The position numbers were made by a program, and so were the translations under genes. 64,000 nucleotides of DNA from Bacteroidales bacterium (GTDB taxonomy: Bacteria; Bacteroidota; Bacteroidia; Bacteroidales; Paludibacteraceae). Numbering within the stretch: position 1 is the first letter of the stretch; every line of letters starts with the position of its first letter. Below are positions 28,515 to 38,660 of this stretch, one piece after another. The notes below the pieces were generated by a model. The model saw nothing but the letters and a program-made list of their open reading frames with translations, made no database searches and was not told the DNA's origin. The DNA lies in assembly GCA_012837685.1 (NCBI GenBank), contig DUQS01000042.1, positions 11,739-75,738 of the forward strand, read 5' to 3'.

Positions 28515-28632
28515 GTCGTGTTTATACGAACCGATTCTTTCTTGTGAATAAAAATAAGGCTATTTATTACATAATACAAATATATTTTGTGTTTTTTTCT
28601 TGTTTTTTTGAGGTTACTTTTATATATTTGCA

Positions 28633-29571
28633 ATGTATAATTCCGTTACCATGATAGAAGCCTTTTTACAATACCTGCGCTACGAAAAAGTGTACTCTCC
28701 TTACACACTGAAAGCCTATCAAACGGATTTAGACGATTTTTGCCAATTTGTAAGCACTCGTGTCGGCAAATTGTTTTCACCGGAATCCGTAACGTCGGAC
28801 GATATCCGTGCGTGGATGATGCGAAAAATAGCCAACGGAGAAACGACACGCACAGTGGTACGGAAAATTTCCACATTGCGCTCGTTCTACAAGTTTTTGA
28901 ATTGTAAAGGATTGTTGGCAAATAATCCGACACAAAAATTGACGGTGCCGAAAATCAAAAAACCATTACCTTCGTTCTTTAAAGAAAGCGAATTGGAACA
29001 TTGGCACGATTTAGTGTGTAATGATGACGAATTTGAAGGTTTAAGGGATTATTTAATTATTGAGTTCTTTTATCAGACGGGCATAAGGCTCTCCGAATTG
29101 ATAAATTTGAAGGATACGGATATTGATATGACGCGCCATACCTTAAAAGTACTTGGAAAGCGCAACAAAGAACGCATCATTCCGTTTGGCGATGCCCTCG
29201 GAAAGGAAATAGAGAATTATATTGCGCTTCGCGACAAGCAAGTGCAATGGAAAGTGCCCAACTTTTTTGTTCTAAAAAACGGCAATGCGCTCTATCCTAA
29301 AAAAGTGTACCTCATGGTAAATCAGGTAATGTCAAATGTCAGCACTCAGCGAAAACGCAGTCCGCATGTGTTGCGACACACGTTTGCTACGGTGATGTTG
29401 AATAATGGTGCAGATATTAATACGGTAAAAGAACTTCTCGGACATGCTAATTTAGCCGCAACGCAAGTGTATACGCACACGACGTTTGCGCAGTTGCAAA
29501 ATATTTATAAACAAGCTCATCCAAGAGCACAAAAAAAGAAGAATTATGGAAATAAAAATGCAAGCGATTAA
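28633..29571 (+). CDS. Tyrosine recombinase, XerC/XerD family
   Basis: N-terminal SAM-like domain (FLQYLRYEKVYSPYTLKAYQTDL). Catalytic motifs GIRLSEL (R), HVLRHTFAT (HxxR), LGHANLAATQVYTH (H..Y). A TAnnTTTG box at 28623-28630 suggests the second ATG (28651) may be the real start. Confidence 0.85.
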   Translation: MYNSVTMIEAFLQYLRYEKVYSPYTLKAYQTDLDDFCQFVSTRVGKLFSPESVTSDDIRAWMMRKIANGETTRTVVRKISTLRSFYKFLNCKGLLANNPTQKLTVPKIKKPLPSFFKESELEHWHDLVCNDDEFEGLRDYLIIEFFYQTGIRLSELINLKDTDIDMTRHTLKVLGKRNKERIIPFGDALGKEIENYIALRDKQVQWKVPNFFVLKNGNALYPKKVYLMVNQVMSNVSTQRKRSPHVLRHTFATVMLNNGADINTVKELLGHANLAATQVYTHTTFAQLQNIYKQAHPRAQKKKNYGNKNASD

Positions 29572-29836
29572 TTTTATCGCTTCCGACAAATTGGAGGCTT
29601 ATGTGGAAAAAAAAGTGTCTAAAGTCGAAAAATTATTCGACCAACTCTCCATGGCCGAAGTGTTTTTAAAAGTCGTGAAGCCGGAATCTGTTGCCAACAA
29701 GGAGGCTTCTATTAAAATGGCGGCACCGAATGTCGAATTCTTTGCTTCAAAAACAGCTAATTCATTTGAACAAGCTATTGATGAATGTGTTGAAGCTCTC
29801 GAGCGTCAAATTCTTAAACAGAAAAATAAAAAATAA
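29546..29836 (+). CDS. hpf: Ribosome hibernation promoting factor / RaiA (short form)
   Basis: MEIKMQAINFIASDKLEAYVEKKVSKVEKLF...EQAIDECVEALERQILKQK. Overlaps the recombinase 3' end by 26 nt, or 14 nt if the ATG at 29558 is used. Confidence 0.8.
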   Translation: MEIKMQAINFIASDKLEAYVEKKVSKVEKLFDQLSMAEVFLKVVKPESVANKEASIKMAAPNVEFFASKTANSFEQAIDECVEALERQILKQKNKK

Positions 29837-29898
29837 CCGATTGAAAAAAGCCTCTTTTACCTCCATTTAAAAAAAATGGGAGAAAAACTTAAATTTAT

Positions 29899-29929
29899 TT
29901 TGTAGATATAAAATAAATATCTATCTTTG
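29899..29929 (+). promoter_or_regulatory. Bacteroidota-type promoter of the tRNA-tuf unit
   Basis: TTTG at 29899-29902, 19-nt spacer, TATCTTTG at 29922-29929, first tRNA at 29977. Confidence 0.5.
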
Positions 29930-29976
29930 CAAGTCGTTTTGACATCCTATTGTCGGAGCGGTTTGTTAAGTAGTTT

Positions 29977-30050
29977 GCCTCTTTAGCTCAGTTGGCCAGA
30001 GCACGTGATTTGTAATCTCGGGGTCGTTGGTTCGAATCCGACAAGAGGCT
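29977..30050 (+). tRNA. tRNA-Thr (anticodon TGT)
   Basis: Manual cloverleaf: acceptor GCCTCTT/AAGAGGC, D-arm GCTC..GAGC, anticodon loop TTTGTAA, T-loop GGTTCGAATCC. No encoded CCA. Confidence 0.9.
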
Positions 30051-30120
30051 CAAAATGAATGGGATAACAATTTTTAGCAGGTAATTTTTGCGTAAAAATT
30101 CGATTGCAAAATCCCGACAA

Positions 30121-30203
30121 GGGCAGTTACCAAAGTGGCCAACTGGGGCTGACTGTAACTCAGCTGTCTTTCGACTTCGGTGGTTCGAATCCATCACTGC
30201 CCA
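30121..30203 (+). tRNA. tRNA-Tyr (anticodon GTA), long variable arm
   Basis: Acceptor GGGCAGT/ACTGCCC, anticodon stem-loop GCTGA-CTGTAAC-TCAGC, long variable arm, T-loop GGTTCGAATCC. No encoded CCA. Confidence 0.9.
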
Positions 30204-30213
30204 CAAAAAAATT

Positions 30214-30286
30214 GCGGAAGTAGCTCAGTTGATAGAGCATTAGCCTTCCAAGCTGAGGGTCGCGGGTTTGAGTCCCGTCTTCCGCT
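30214..30286 (+). tRNA. tRNA-Gly (anticodon TCC)
   Basis: Acceptor GCGGAAG/CTTCCGC, anticodon stem-loop TTAGC-CTTCCAA-GCTGA, T-arm CGGGTTTGAGTCCCG. Confidence 0.9.
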
Positions 30287-30292
30287 CTTTTT

Positions 30293-30364
<72 letters not shown>

Positions 30365-30435
30365 CTACATTTGAGTTGTTTTTAATTATTTTTGATTTTA
30401 TAATATTTTACTTACTATTTTAATTCATTTGAGTT

Positions 30436-31623
30436 ATGGCAAAAGAAAAATTTGACAGGTCGAAACCGCATGTAAACATCGGTACCATTGGTCACGTTGA
30501 CCACGGTAAGACCACTTTGACTGCTGCAATTACAACTGTACTTGCAAAGAGAGGACTTTCTGAATTACGTTCATTCGATTCTATCGACAACGCTCCGGAA
30601 GAAAAAGAACGTGGTATCACTATTAACACTTCACACGTTGAGTATCAAACAGCTAATCGTCACTATGCACACGTTGACTGTCCGGGGCACGCTGACTATG
30701 TTAAAAACATGGTTACAGGTGCTGCTCAAATGGACGGTGCTATCATTGTAGTTGCCTCCACCGACGGTCCGATGCCACAAACTCGTGAACACATCTTATT
30801 AGCTCGTCAGGTAAACGTACCTCGTTTGGTTGTGTTTATGAACAAATGCGATATGGTTGATGACCCTGAAATGTTGGATTTGGTTGAAATGGAAATGCGC
30901 GATTTGCTCAGAGCTTATCAATTTGACGCTGACAACACTCCGTTTATTCGCGGTTCTGCCCTTGGCGCATTGAACGGTGTTGCCGAATGGGAAGACAAAG
31001 TAATGGAATTGATGGATGCTGTGGACACTTGGATTGAATTACCTCCGCGTGCAATAGATAAACCATTCTTGATGCCTGTTGAAGACGTATTCTCTATCAC
31101 AGGTCGTGGTACAGTTGCTACTGGTCGTATCGAAACCGGTGTTGTTAAAGTTGGTGATGAAATTCAAATCATCGGCTTGGGTGCCGAAGGCAGAAAATCA
31201 GTTGTTACAGGTGTTGAAATGTTCCGCAAATTGCTCGATACAGGCGAAGCTGGTGATAATGTTGGTTTGTTGCTCCGTGGTATTGACAAAGACGAAATTA
31301 AACGTGGAATGGTTATCACGCACCCGGGTGCCGTTAAACCTCACTCTGAATTCAAAGCTTCTGTTTATATTTTGAAGAAAGAAGAAGGTGGACGTCACAC
31401 TCCGTTTGGTAACAAATATCGTCCTCAATTCTACATTCGCACGTTGGACGTTACCGGTGAAGTTACGTTGCCGGAAGGTCGTGAAATGGTAATGCCGGGC
31501 GACAACTTGGAAATTACTGTAAAATTGATTTATCCGGTAGCTTGCAGCGAAGGTCTCCGTTTTGCTATCCGCGAAGGTGGACGTACTGTAGGTTCAGGAC
31601 AAATCACAGCCATTTTGGACTAA
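30436..31623 (+). CDS. tuf: Elongation factor Tu
   Basis: 395 aa. [22 protein letters not shown], full-length EF-Tu pattern. Confidence 0.98.
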   Translation: MAKEKFDRSKPHVNIGTIGHVDHGKTTLTAAITTVLAKRGLSELRSFDSIDNAPEEKERGITINTSHVEYQTANRHYAHVDCPGHADYVKNMVTGAAQMDGAIIVVASTDGPMPQTREHILLARQVNVPRLVVFMNKCDMVDDPEMLDLVEMEMRDLLRAYQFDADNTPFIRGSALGALNGVAEWEDKVMELMDAVDTWIELPPRAIDKPFLMPVEDVFSITGRGTVATGRIETGVVKVGDEIQIIGLGAEGRKSVVTGVEMFRKLLDTGEAGDNVGLLLRGIDKDEIKRGMVITHPGAVKPHSEFKASVYILKKEEGGRHTPFGNKYRPQFYIRTLDVTGEVTLPEGREMVMPGDNLEITVKLIYPVACSEGLRFAIREGGRTVGSGQITAILD

Positions 31624-31649
31624 TAAAAATTATTTAACAAAATAATAAT

Positions 31650-31673
31650 AGTCGGCGTAATGCCGACTATTTT
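31650..31673 (+). terminator. Hairpin after tuf (terminator/attenuator or processing site before tRNA-Trp)
   Basis: AGTCGGC-GTAAT-GCCGACT followed by ATTTTA. tRNA-Trp starts at 31674. Confidence 0.5.
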
Positions 31674-31746
31674 ACGGGTGTAGCTCAGTTGGTAGAGCAC
31701 TGGTCTCCAAAACCAGGTGTCGGGAGTTCGAGTCTCTCCTCCCGTG
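31674..31746 (+). tRNA. tRNA-Trp (anticodon CCA)
   Basis: Anticodon stem-loop CTGGT-CTCCAAA-ACCAG. T-arm GGGAGTTCGAGTCTCTC is identical in form to E. coli tRNA-Trp. Acceptor ACGGGTG/CTCCCGT has one T-T mismatch. Confidence 0.85.
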
Positions 31747-31765
31747 CGACAAAAAATATTTGTAT

Positions 31766-31954
31766 ATGAAACTCATCAATTATTTCAAAGAGTCCTATTC
31801 AGAACTTGTTCACAAGACCTCATGGCCTACGCGAAAAGAACTGACCAATAGTGCGGTTGTTGTATTAATAGCTTCCCTTCTAATTGCACTAGTTGTTTGG
31901 GTAATGGACTTGGGCTTTGAAAGTATCATGACGTTAATCTACAAATACATTTAA
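31766..31954 (+). CDS. secE: Preprotein translocase subunit SecE
   Basis: 62 aa from ATG 31766 (the track start 31760 is TTG). Single C-terminal TM helix (VVVLIASLLIALVVWVMD). Canonical position before nusG. Confidence 0.85.
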   Translation: MKLINYFKESYSELVHKTSWPTRKELTNSAVVVLIASLLIALVVWVMDLGFESIMTLIYKYI

Positions 31955-31967
31955 TTGGAGGGTTGAA

Positions 31968-32516
31968 ATGTCTGAGACAACAAAAAAATGGTACGTATTG
32001 CGTGCCATTAGTGGAAAAGAAAACAAGGTAAAGGAACACATTGAATCAGAAATCAAAAATTCCGATCTTGGGCAATACGTCTCTCAAGTTTTGATACCGA
32101 CCGAAAAAGTGTATCAGGTGCGTAATGGTAAAAGAATCACAAAAGAACGTAGCTATCTGCCGGGGTATGTGCTTGTAGAAGTGGATTTAACCGGTGATGT
32201 ACGCGGACGACTTCGTAATGTGCCTAATGTTCTCGGCTGGTTAGGCGGGACGTTAGACAAGGCGCCAACTCCACTCCGTCCTGCGGAAGTGAATCGTATC
32301 CTCGGATCGGTTGATGAAATGCAGGAAATGGGAATGGAAATGGCTGTTCCTTATTTCGAAGGCGAAAACGTCAAAGTGATAGTGGGTCCTTTTAGCGGTT
32401 TTTCAGGTGTTATCGAAGAGGTAAACAACGAAAAGAAGAAACTAAAAGTAATGGTAAAAATTTTTGGTCGAAAAACACCGCTTGAGTTGAGTTTCATGCA
32501 AGTAGAAAAAGAGTGA
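31968..32516 (+). CDS. nusG: Transcription termination/antitermination factor NusG
   Basis: [18 protein letters not shown] domain. KOW motif [21 protein letters not shown]. Confidence 0.95.
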   Translation: MSETTKKWYVLRAISGKENKVKEHIESEIKNSDLGQYVSQVLIPTEKVYQVRNGKRITKERSYLPGYVLVEVDLTGDVRGRLRNVPNVLGWLGGTLDKAPTPLRPAEVNRILGSVDEMQEMGMEMAVPYFEGENVKVIVGPFSGFSGVIEEVNNEKKKLKVMVKIFGRKTPLELSFMQVEKE

Positions 32517-32572
32517 GATGTTTGTTACCGTCGTCACTCAAATTAATTTCGTTAATAACAAAAAAAAGAATT

Positions 32573-33013
32573 ATGGCTAAAGAAATTGCTGGACTTATCA
32601 AATTACAGATTAAAGGTGGTGCGGCAAATCCATCACCTCCGGTTGGACCTGCTTTGGGTGCAAAAGGTATTAATATCATGGATTTTTGCAAGCAATTTAA
32701 TGCCAGAACCCAAGACAAAGCAGGTAAAATTTTACCTGTAGTTATTACGTACTACACAGACAAGTCGTTTAACTTTATCGTTAAGACGCCTCCCGTAGCA
32801 ATTCAATTACTTGAAGCTGCTAAAGCGAAAGGCGGTTCAGACCAACCTAACCGTAAAAAAGTGGCAACAATCACTTGGGAAGAGGTTAAGACGATTGCTT
32901 CCGAAAAAATGGTCGACTTGAACTGTTTCACACTGGAAGCAGCCATGAAAATGGTTGCCGGAACTGCGAGAAGTATGGGCATTGCCATAAGTGGCGAATT
33001 TCCTAATAATTAA
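32573..33013 (+). CDS. rplK: 50S ribosomal protein L11
   Basis: [32 protein letters not shown] at 32573 (the track ORF is N-terminally extended). Confidence 0.95.
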   Translation: MAKEIAGLIKLQIKGGAANPSPPVGPALGAKGINIMDFCKQFNARTQDKAGKILPVVITYYTDKSFNFIVKTPPVAIQLLEAAKAKGGSDQPNRKKVATITWEEVKTIASEKMVDLNCFTLEAAMKMVAGTARSMGIAISGEFPNN

Positions 33014-33033
33014 TTTTAAACCTTCAATTAAAG

Positions 33034-33732
33034 ATGAGTAAACTTACAAAAAATCAGAAGTCAGTAGCGGGAAAAATTGAAGCGGGAAAAGCTTATACTG
33101 TCGATGAAGCTGCAAGTTTGGTAAAGGAAATAACCACTACCAAATTTGATGCCTCTGTGGATATTGACGTACGTCTCGGTGTCGATCCGCGCAAAGCGAA
33201 CCAAATGGTGCGTGGCGTAGTATCGTTGCCGCACGGAACGGGCAAACAAGTACGGGTTCTTGCATTATGTACTCCCGACAAGGAAGCCGAAGCCAAAGAG
33301 GCCGGTGCCGATTTTGTTGGACTCGATGAATATATCGAAAAAATTAAAGGTGGATGGACTGATATAGACGTAATTATCACCATGCCTTCCGTTATGGGTA
33401 AAATTGGCGCTCTTGGACGCGTGTTAGGTCCCCGCGGCTTGATGCCTAATCCTAAAAGCGGTACGGTTACCATGGAAGTGGGTAAGGCTGTTGCCGAAGT
33501 CAAACAAGGAAAAATTGATTTCAAGGTTGACAAGTCCGGTATTATCCACACATCTGTCGGAAAGGTTTCGTTTACGCCTGAGCAAATTGCTGAGAACGTA
33601 AGAGAATTTATGGCTACTGTTATTAAATTGAAGCCATCATCCGCTAAAGGTACATACGTAAAGAGTGTTTATCTTTCGAGTACGATGAGTGAAGGTATCA
33701 AAATTGATACAAAATCAATTGTTGAAAACTAA
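33034..33732 (+). CDS. rplA: 50S ribosomal protein L1
   Basis: 232 aa. [35 protein letters not shown]. Confidence 0.95.
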   Translation: MSKLTKNQKSVAGKIEAGKAYTVDEAASLVKEITTTKFDASVDIDVRLGVDPRKANQMVRGVVSLPHGTGKQVRVLALCTPDKEAEAKEAGADFVGLDEYIEKIKGGWTDIDVIITMPSVMGKIGALGRVLGPRGLMPNPKSGTVTMEVGKAVAEVKQGKIDFKVDKSGIIHTSVGKVSFTPEQIAENVREFMATVIKLKPSSAKGTYVKSVYLSSTMSEGIKIDTKSIVEN

Positions 33733-33745
33733 TTAAGACGTAAGT

Positions 33746-34261
33746 ATGAAAAAGGAAGATAAAGACATTATCATTTCACAAATAAAAGAAACAGTAAACT
33801 CATATAGTCACTTTTATTTAACCGAAGCTCAAGGATTGAACGCTGAGCAAGTAAGTAATTTGAGAAGATTGTGCAACAAGAGCGAAATAAAAATGCTTGT
33901 TGTAAAAAACACTCTCTTACGCAAAGCGTTGGAATCTACGGGCGTTGATTATTCTCCAATTTACGATTCTTTGAAAAACAACACGGCAATACTGTTTTCC
34001 AACACAGGAAACGCTCCTGCCAAATTAATCAAAGAGTTCAGTAAGGATAATAAAAAACCGGTTTTGAAAGCCGCTTATGTAGAAGAAAGTTTCTATATTG
34101 GTGAAAATCAACTTGATACTCTTGTTTCTATTAAGAGTAAAAATGAACTTATCGGTGATATCATTGCATTGTTGCAATCGCCGGCTAAGAACGTTGTGTC
34201 CGCACTCCAATCAGGAGGAAATACTATTCATGGCGTGTTGAAAACACTCTCTGAAAGATAA
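33746..34261 (+). CDS. rplJ: 50S ribosomal protein L10
   Basis: 171 aa, between rplA and rplL. LRRLCNKSEIKMLVVKNTLLRKAL. Confidence 0.9.
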   Translation: MKKEDKDIIISQIKETVNSYSHFYLTEAQGLNAEQVSNLRRLCNKSEIKMLVVKNTLLRKALESTGVDYSPIYDSLKNNTAILFSNTGNAPAKLIKEFSKDNKKPVLKAAYVEESFYIGENQLDTLVSIKSKNELIGDIIALLQSPAKNVVSALQSGGNTIHGVLKTLSER

Positions 34262-34314
34262 TTTTTAATAAAAAAACAAAATTTGAATTATAAACACAAA
34301 AAACATTAATTACA

Positions 34315-34692
34315 ATGGCAGATTTGAAAGCTTTTGCAGAACAATTGGTTAATCTTACAGTTAAAGAAGTAAATGAATTAGCCGAAATTTTGAAGAACGA
34401 ATATGGTATTGAACCTGCTGCTGCAGCTGTTGCTGTTGCCGCTCCTGCTGCAGGTGGTGGTGCAGCTGCCACTGAAGAAAAAACATCTTTCGATGTTATT
34501 TTGAAATCGGCTGGCGCAGCTAAACTTCAAGTTGTTAAAGCAGTTAAGGAACTTACCGGTCTTGGTTTGAAAGAAGCTAAAGATATCGTTGATGCTGCTC
34601 CGGCTCCTGTTAAAGAAGGAGTTTCTAAAGAAGAAGCAGAAGCACTTCAAAAACAACTTACTGAAGCTGGAGCTGAGGTTGAACTCAAGTAA
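34315..34692 (+). CDS. rplL: 50S ribosomal protein L7/L12
   Basis: 125 aa. Ala-rich hinge [41 protein letters not shown]. Confidence 0.96.
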   Translation: MADLKAFAEQLVNLTVKEVNELAEILKNEYGIEPAAAAVAVAAPAAGGGAAATEEKTSFDVILKSAGAAKLQVVKAVKELTGLGLKEAKDIVDAAPAPVKEGVSKEEAEALQKQLTEAGAEVELK

Positions 34693-34721
34693 GATAATCC
34701 TGATTTTCAGGAATTTACGGT

Positions 34722-34757
34722 TTAGAATCCCGTGTGAGCGGGACTCTAAGCCTTTTT
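34722..34757 (+). terminator. rplL-rpoB intergenic attenuator/terminator hairpin
   Basis: TTAGAATCCCG / CGGGACTCTAA (10 of 11 bp), loop TGTGAG, then GCCTTTTT. A smaller hairpin TCCTGA-TTT-TCAGGA at 34698-34712 precedes it. Confidence 0.6.
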
Positions 34758-34797
34758 ATGTATAACAACAACAAGTTCAACTAATACACGTAGATAA

Positions 34798-37700
34798 ATG
34801 TCCAACAAAACTGAAAATCAAAGAGTTAGCTTTGCTTCCATAAAAAATCAATTACCTTATCCCGATTTTTTGGAAGTTCAGCTGAAATCATTTAAAGATT
34901 TTTTCCAGCTCGATACCGCTCCTGAGCATCGGAAAAATGAGGGATTGTATAAAGTTTTCTCCGAAAATTTCCCGATAGCGGATACGCGTAACAACTTTAT
35001 GCTTGAATTCCTTGACTATTTCATCGATCCGCCGCGCTACACCATAGAGGAGTGCATTCGTCGCGGATTGACGTACAGTGTTCCATTGAAAGCCAAATTG
35101 AAATTGTCATGTACAGACCCTGACCATGAAGATTTCGATACTGTAGTACAAGATGTCTTTTTAGGTCCTATTCCGTATATGACCGAACGAGGAACTTTCG
35201 TTATCAATGGAGCGGAGCGCGTTATCGTTTCCCAATTACACCGTTCGCCCGGCGTGTTCTTTGGTCAAAGCATTCATGCTAATGGTACCAAATTGTATTC
35301 CGCACGTATTATCCCGTTTAGGGGTTCGTGGATAGAGTTTGCTACCGATATTAATAATGTGATGTATGCTTATATCGACCGCAAAAAGAAATTGCCCGTA
35401 ACCACATTACTTCGTGCCATTGGTTATGAGAGTGATAAGGATATTCTCGAAACATTTGGCTTGGCAGAGGAGGTAAAGGTTAATAAAACCAATTTAAGGA
35501 AAATGATTGGCCGAAAATTGGCTGTTCGTGTTTTGAAAACATGGATGGAGGATTTTGTGGACGAAGATACCGGCGAAGTGGTAACGGTAGAACGTACTAA
35601 AGTATTGGTAGATCGTGAAACCATTATAGAAAAAGACCATATAGACGACATTATAGAATCCGGTAATCAAACTATTTTGCTTCATAAAGAAGATCAAAAT
35701 ATGAGTGATTATGCCATTATCTACAATACGTTGCAAAAAGACCCAAGTAACACGGAAAAAGAAGCTATTTTGCACATTTACCGTCAATTGAGAAACGCAG
35801 AACCTGCTGATGATTCTACTGCCCGTGAAGTTATCAACGGTTTGTTTTTCTCTGAAAAACGTTATGATTTGGGTGATGTTGGTCGTTATAGAATCAATAA
35901 AAAACTGAATTTAGATACTAGTCCCAGCGTTCGTGTATTGACCAAGGAAGATATTATTGAAATTATCAAATATTTGATTGAGTTGATAAATTCGAAGGTT
36001 GAGACAGATGATATAGACCATTTGAGTAATCGTCGTGTACGTACTGTGGGCGAACAACTTTACAATCAATTCGGTGTAGGTTTAGCTCGTATGGCTCGTA
36101 CTATCCGCGAGCGTATGAATGTGCGTGACAATGAGGTGTTTACACCTATCGATTTGATTAATGCCAAAACTATTTCGTCGGTTATTAACTCGTTCTTTGG
36201 CACGAATGCCTTGTCGCAGTTTATGGATCAGACGAACCCGTTGGCAGAAATTACTCACAAACGCCGTTTGTCGGCTTTAGGTCCCGGCGGTTTGTCGCGT
36301 GAGCGTGCCGGATTTGAGGTGCGTGACGTTCACTATACGCATTATGGTCGTTTGTGTCCTATCGAAACGCCTGAAGGACCGAACATTGGTTTGATTTCTT
36401 CATTGTGCGTGTACGCAAAAATTAACGATTTAGGATTTATCGAAACTCCTTACCGTAAAGTTACGGATTCCAAGGTGGATTTATCACCGGAAGGTATTGT
36501 ATATATGACCGCCGAGGAGGAAGAAGATTCCGTTGTTGCACAAGGTAATGCGCCTTTGAACGATGACGGTACATTTATTCGCAATAAGGTAAAATCACGT
36601 TTGGAAGCTGATTTCCCTGTTGTGCAACCATCGGAAGTAAATTTGATGGACGTTGCACCTCAACAAATTGCATCTATAGCTGCCGCATTGATTCCTTTCT
36701 TGGAAAACGACGACGCGAACCGTGCATTGATGGGCTCTAACATGATGCGTCAAGCAGTTCCGTTGATTCGTCCGGAAGCTCCGATTGTCGGTACCGGCAT
36801 TGAAAGACAGGTTATCTACGACTCTCGTACTCAAGTTATGGCGGAAGGTAAAGGAGTTGTAGAATATGTTGATGCGAATGTTATTAAAATTCGTTATGAT
36901 AGAACGGAAGAGGAAGAATTTGTTAATTTTGAAGACGCGTTAAAAGTATACAATTTGCCGAAATTCCAAAAAACGAACCAAGATACAACCATTGATTTAC
37001 GTCCGATAGTGAAAAAAGGACAGCGTGTACAAGCCGGTCAAATATTGACTGAAGGTTATGCCAGTCAAAATGGAGAATTGTCTCTTGGTCGAAATTTGAG
37101 AGTGGCTTATATGCCATGGAAGGGTTACAACTTTGAAGATGCTATCGTAATTAGCGAGCGTGTCGTACGCGAAGATATTTTCACTTCAATCCATGTTAGT
37201 GAATATTCGCTCGAAGTGCGCGAAACCAAGCGCGGTATGGAGGAATTGACTTCCGATATTCCAAATGTGAGTGAAGAAGCTACTAAAAATTTGGACGAAC
37301 ACGGTATTATCCGTATTGGTGCTCATGTAATTCCGGGTGATATTCTTATCGGTAAAATCACCCCGAAAGGCGAAACTGACCCAACGCCGGAAGAAAAGTT
37401 GTTGCGTGCCATATTTGGTGACAAAGCCAGCGATGTAAAAGATGCTTCGTTGAAAGCTTCTCCATCGCTGAATGGCGTAGTAATCGGCAAAGAACTCTTT
37501 TCACGTGCGGTAAAAGCGCGTAAGAGCCGTTTGGCGGAAAAAGCAACATTGCCCCAATTGGATGAGGCTTTTGAGAAGGAAGTAGCCGAACTGAGGTCAA
37601 GATTATTGGAAAAATTGTCCGTTTTGACAACAGGGAAAACCTCGCAAGGCGTGAAAGACTTTTTAGGCGTGGATTTAATTCCGAAAGGAACAAAATTTAC

Positions 37701-38610
37701 CCAAAAGTTGCTGAACGAAATTGATTATACAACGGTGCAATTGGTAAAATGGACTACCGATGCGCACAAAAATGAATTGATAAAAGAGACAGTTCTCAAC
37801 TATCTCCGTAAATACAAAGAGTGTGATGCACGTTTGAAACGTCAAAAACTAAATGTTACCGTGGGCGATGAATTGCCGTCTGGCATTATACAATTGGCAA
37901 AAGTTTACATCGCTAAAAAACGTAAAATACGTGTTGGCGATAAAATAGCCGGACGTCACGGAAACAAAGGTATTGTGTCCAAAATTGTGCGCGATGAAGA
38001 TATGCCGTTCTTGGCAGACGGAACGCCGGTTGATATCGTTTTGAATCCTCTGGGCGTGCCTTCTCGTATGAATTTAGGGCAGATTTTTGAAGCCGTATTG
38101 GGTTGGGCGGGAAAAGAACTTGGTGTTCAATTCGCAACGCCTATTTTCGATGGTGCAACTCTTGATGACTTGAACGAATGGTGCGACAAAGCCAAAATTC
38201 CTCACTACGGAAAAACCTATCTGTATGATGGCGGAACAGGCGAACGCTTTGACCAGCCGGCTACTGTTGGTATAACCTACCTCTTGAAGTTAGGTCACAT
38301 GGTTGAAGACAAAATGCACGCACGTTCCATTGGTCCATATTCTTTGATTACACAGCAGCCGTTGGGTGGTAAAGCTCAGTTTGGTGGTCAACGTTTCGGA
38401 GAAATGGAGGTTTGGGCGCTCGAAGCATTTGGTGCTGCTTATATTTTGCAAGAGATACTGACAATCAAGTCTGACGACGTGATGGGACGCGCTCGTGCTT
38501 ATGAAGCTATAGTCAAAGGCGATCCGATGCCTCAACCCGGAATTCCGGAATCACTCAATGTGTTGTTGCACGAATTGAAAGGTTTAGGTTTAAGAGTTAC
38601 TTTGGAGTAA
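34798..38610 (+). CDS. rpoB: DNA-directed RNA polymerase subunit beta
   Basis: 1270 aa. [48 protein letters not shown]. Confidence 0.98.
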   Translation: MSNKTENQRVSFASIKNQLPYPDFLEVQLKSFKDFFQLDTAPEHRKNEGLYKVFSENFPIADTRNNFMLEFLDYFIDPPRYTIEECIRRGLTYSVPLKAKLKLSCTDPDHEDFDTVVQDVFLGPIPYMTERGTFVINGAERVIVSQLHRSPGVFFGQSIHANGTKLYSARIIPFRGSWIEFATDINNVMYAYIDRKKKLPVTTLLRAIGYESDKDILETFGLAEEVKVNKTNLRKMIGRKLAVRVLKTWMEDFVDEDTGEVVTVERTKVLVDRETIIEKDHIDDIIESGNQTILLHKEDQNMSDYAIIYNTLQKDPSNTEKEAILHIYRQLRNAEPADDSTAREVINGLFFSEKRYDLGDVGRYRINKKLNLDTSPSVRVLTKEDIIEIIKYLIELINSKVETDDIDHLSNRRVRTVGEQLYNQFGVGLARMARTIRERMNVRDNEVFTPIDLINAKTISSVINSFFGTNALSQFMDQTNPLAEITHKRRLSALGPGGLSRERAGFEVRDVHYTHYGRLCPIETPEGPNIGLISSLCVYAKINDLGFIETPYRKVTDSKVDLSPEGIVYMTAEEEEDSVVAQGNAPLNDDGTFIRNKVKSRLEADFPVVQPSEVNLMDVAPQQIASIAAALIPFLENDDANRALMGSNMMRQAVPLIRPEAPIVGTGIERQVIYDSRTQVMAEGKGVVEYVDANVIKIRYDRTEEEEFVNFEDALKVYNLPKFQKTNQDTTIDLRPIVKKGQRVQAGQILTEGYASQNGELSLGRNLRVAYMPWKGYNFEDAIVISERVVREDIFTSIHVSEYSLEVRETKRGMEELTSDIPNVSEEATKNLDEHGIIRIGAHVIPGDILIGKITPKGETDPTPEEKLLRAIFGDKASDVKDASLKASPSLNGVVIGKELFSRAVKARKSRLAEKATLPQLDEAFEKEVAELRSRLLEKLSVLTTGKTSQGVKDFLGVDLIPKGTKFTQKLLNEIDYTTVQLVKWTTDAHKNELIKETVLNYLRKYKECDARLKRQKLNVTVGDELPSGIIQLAKVYIAKKRKIRVGDKIAGRHGNKGIVSKIVRDEDMPFLADGTPVDIVLNPLGVPSRMNLGQIFEAVLGWAGKELGVQFATPIFDGATLDDLNEWCDKAKIPHYGKTYLYDGGTGERFDQPATVGITYLLKLGHMVEDKMHARSIGPYSLITQQPLGGKAQFGGQRFGEMEVWALEAFGAAYILQEILTIKSDDVMGRARAYEAIVKGDPMPQPGIPESLNVLLHELKGLGLRVTLE

Positions 38611-38660
38611 CGCAAGTTTGCTCTAAACAGAAAAATTTAATCTTGAAATAAATAACAGAT

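Noticed and set aside
28424-28633. 69-aa lysine-rich minus-strand ORF in the rpsU-recombinase spacer, considered as a possible small protein.
   Set aside because: It spans the rpsU terminator hairpins and the AT-rich promoter region. Its composition reflects AT-rich non-coding DNA, and there is no promoter box in the right orientation.
3511-29959. Recurring TGTCGGAG motif upstream of lon (about 3512), HU (about 9060) and the tRNA cluster (about 29951).
   Set aside because: A fourth copy lies inside the GDPD coding region (about 21055). An 8-mer is expected a couple of times by chance in 64 kb on two strands. At HU it simply follows the -7 box. The evidence is insufficient for a regulatory motif.
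29988-30206. 72-aa minus-strand ORF in the ORF track.
   Set aside because: It is fully explained by tRNA-Thr and tRNA-Tyr on the plus strand, so it is a spurious ORF.
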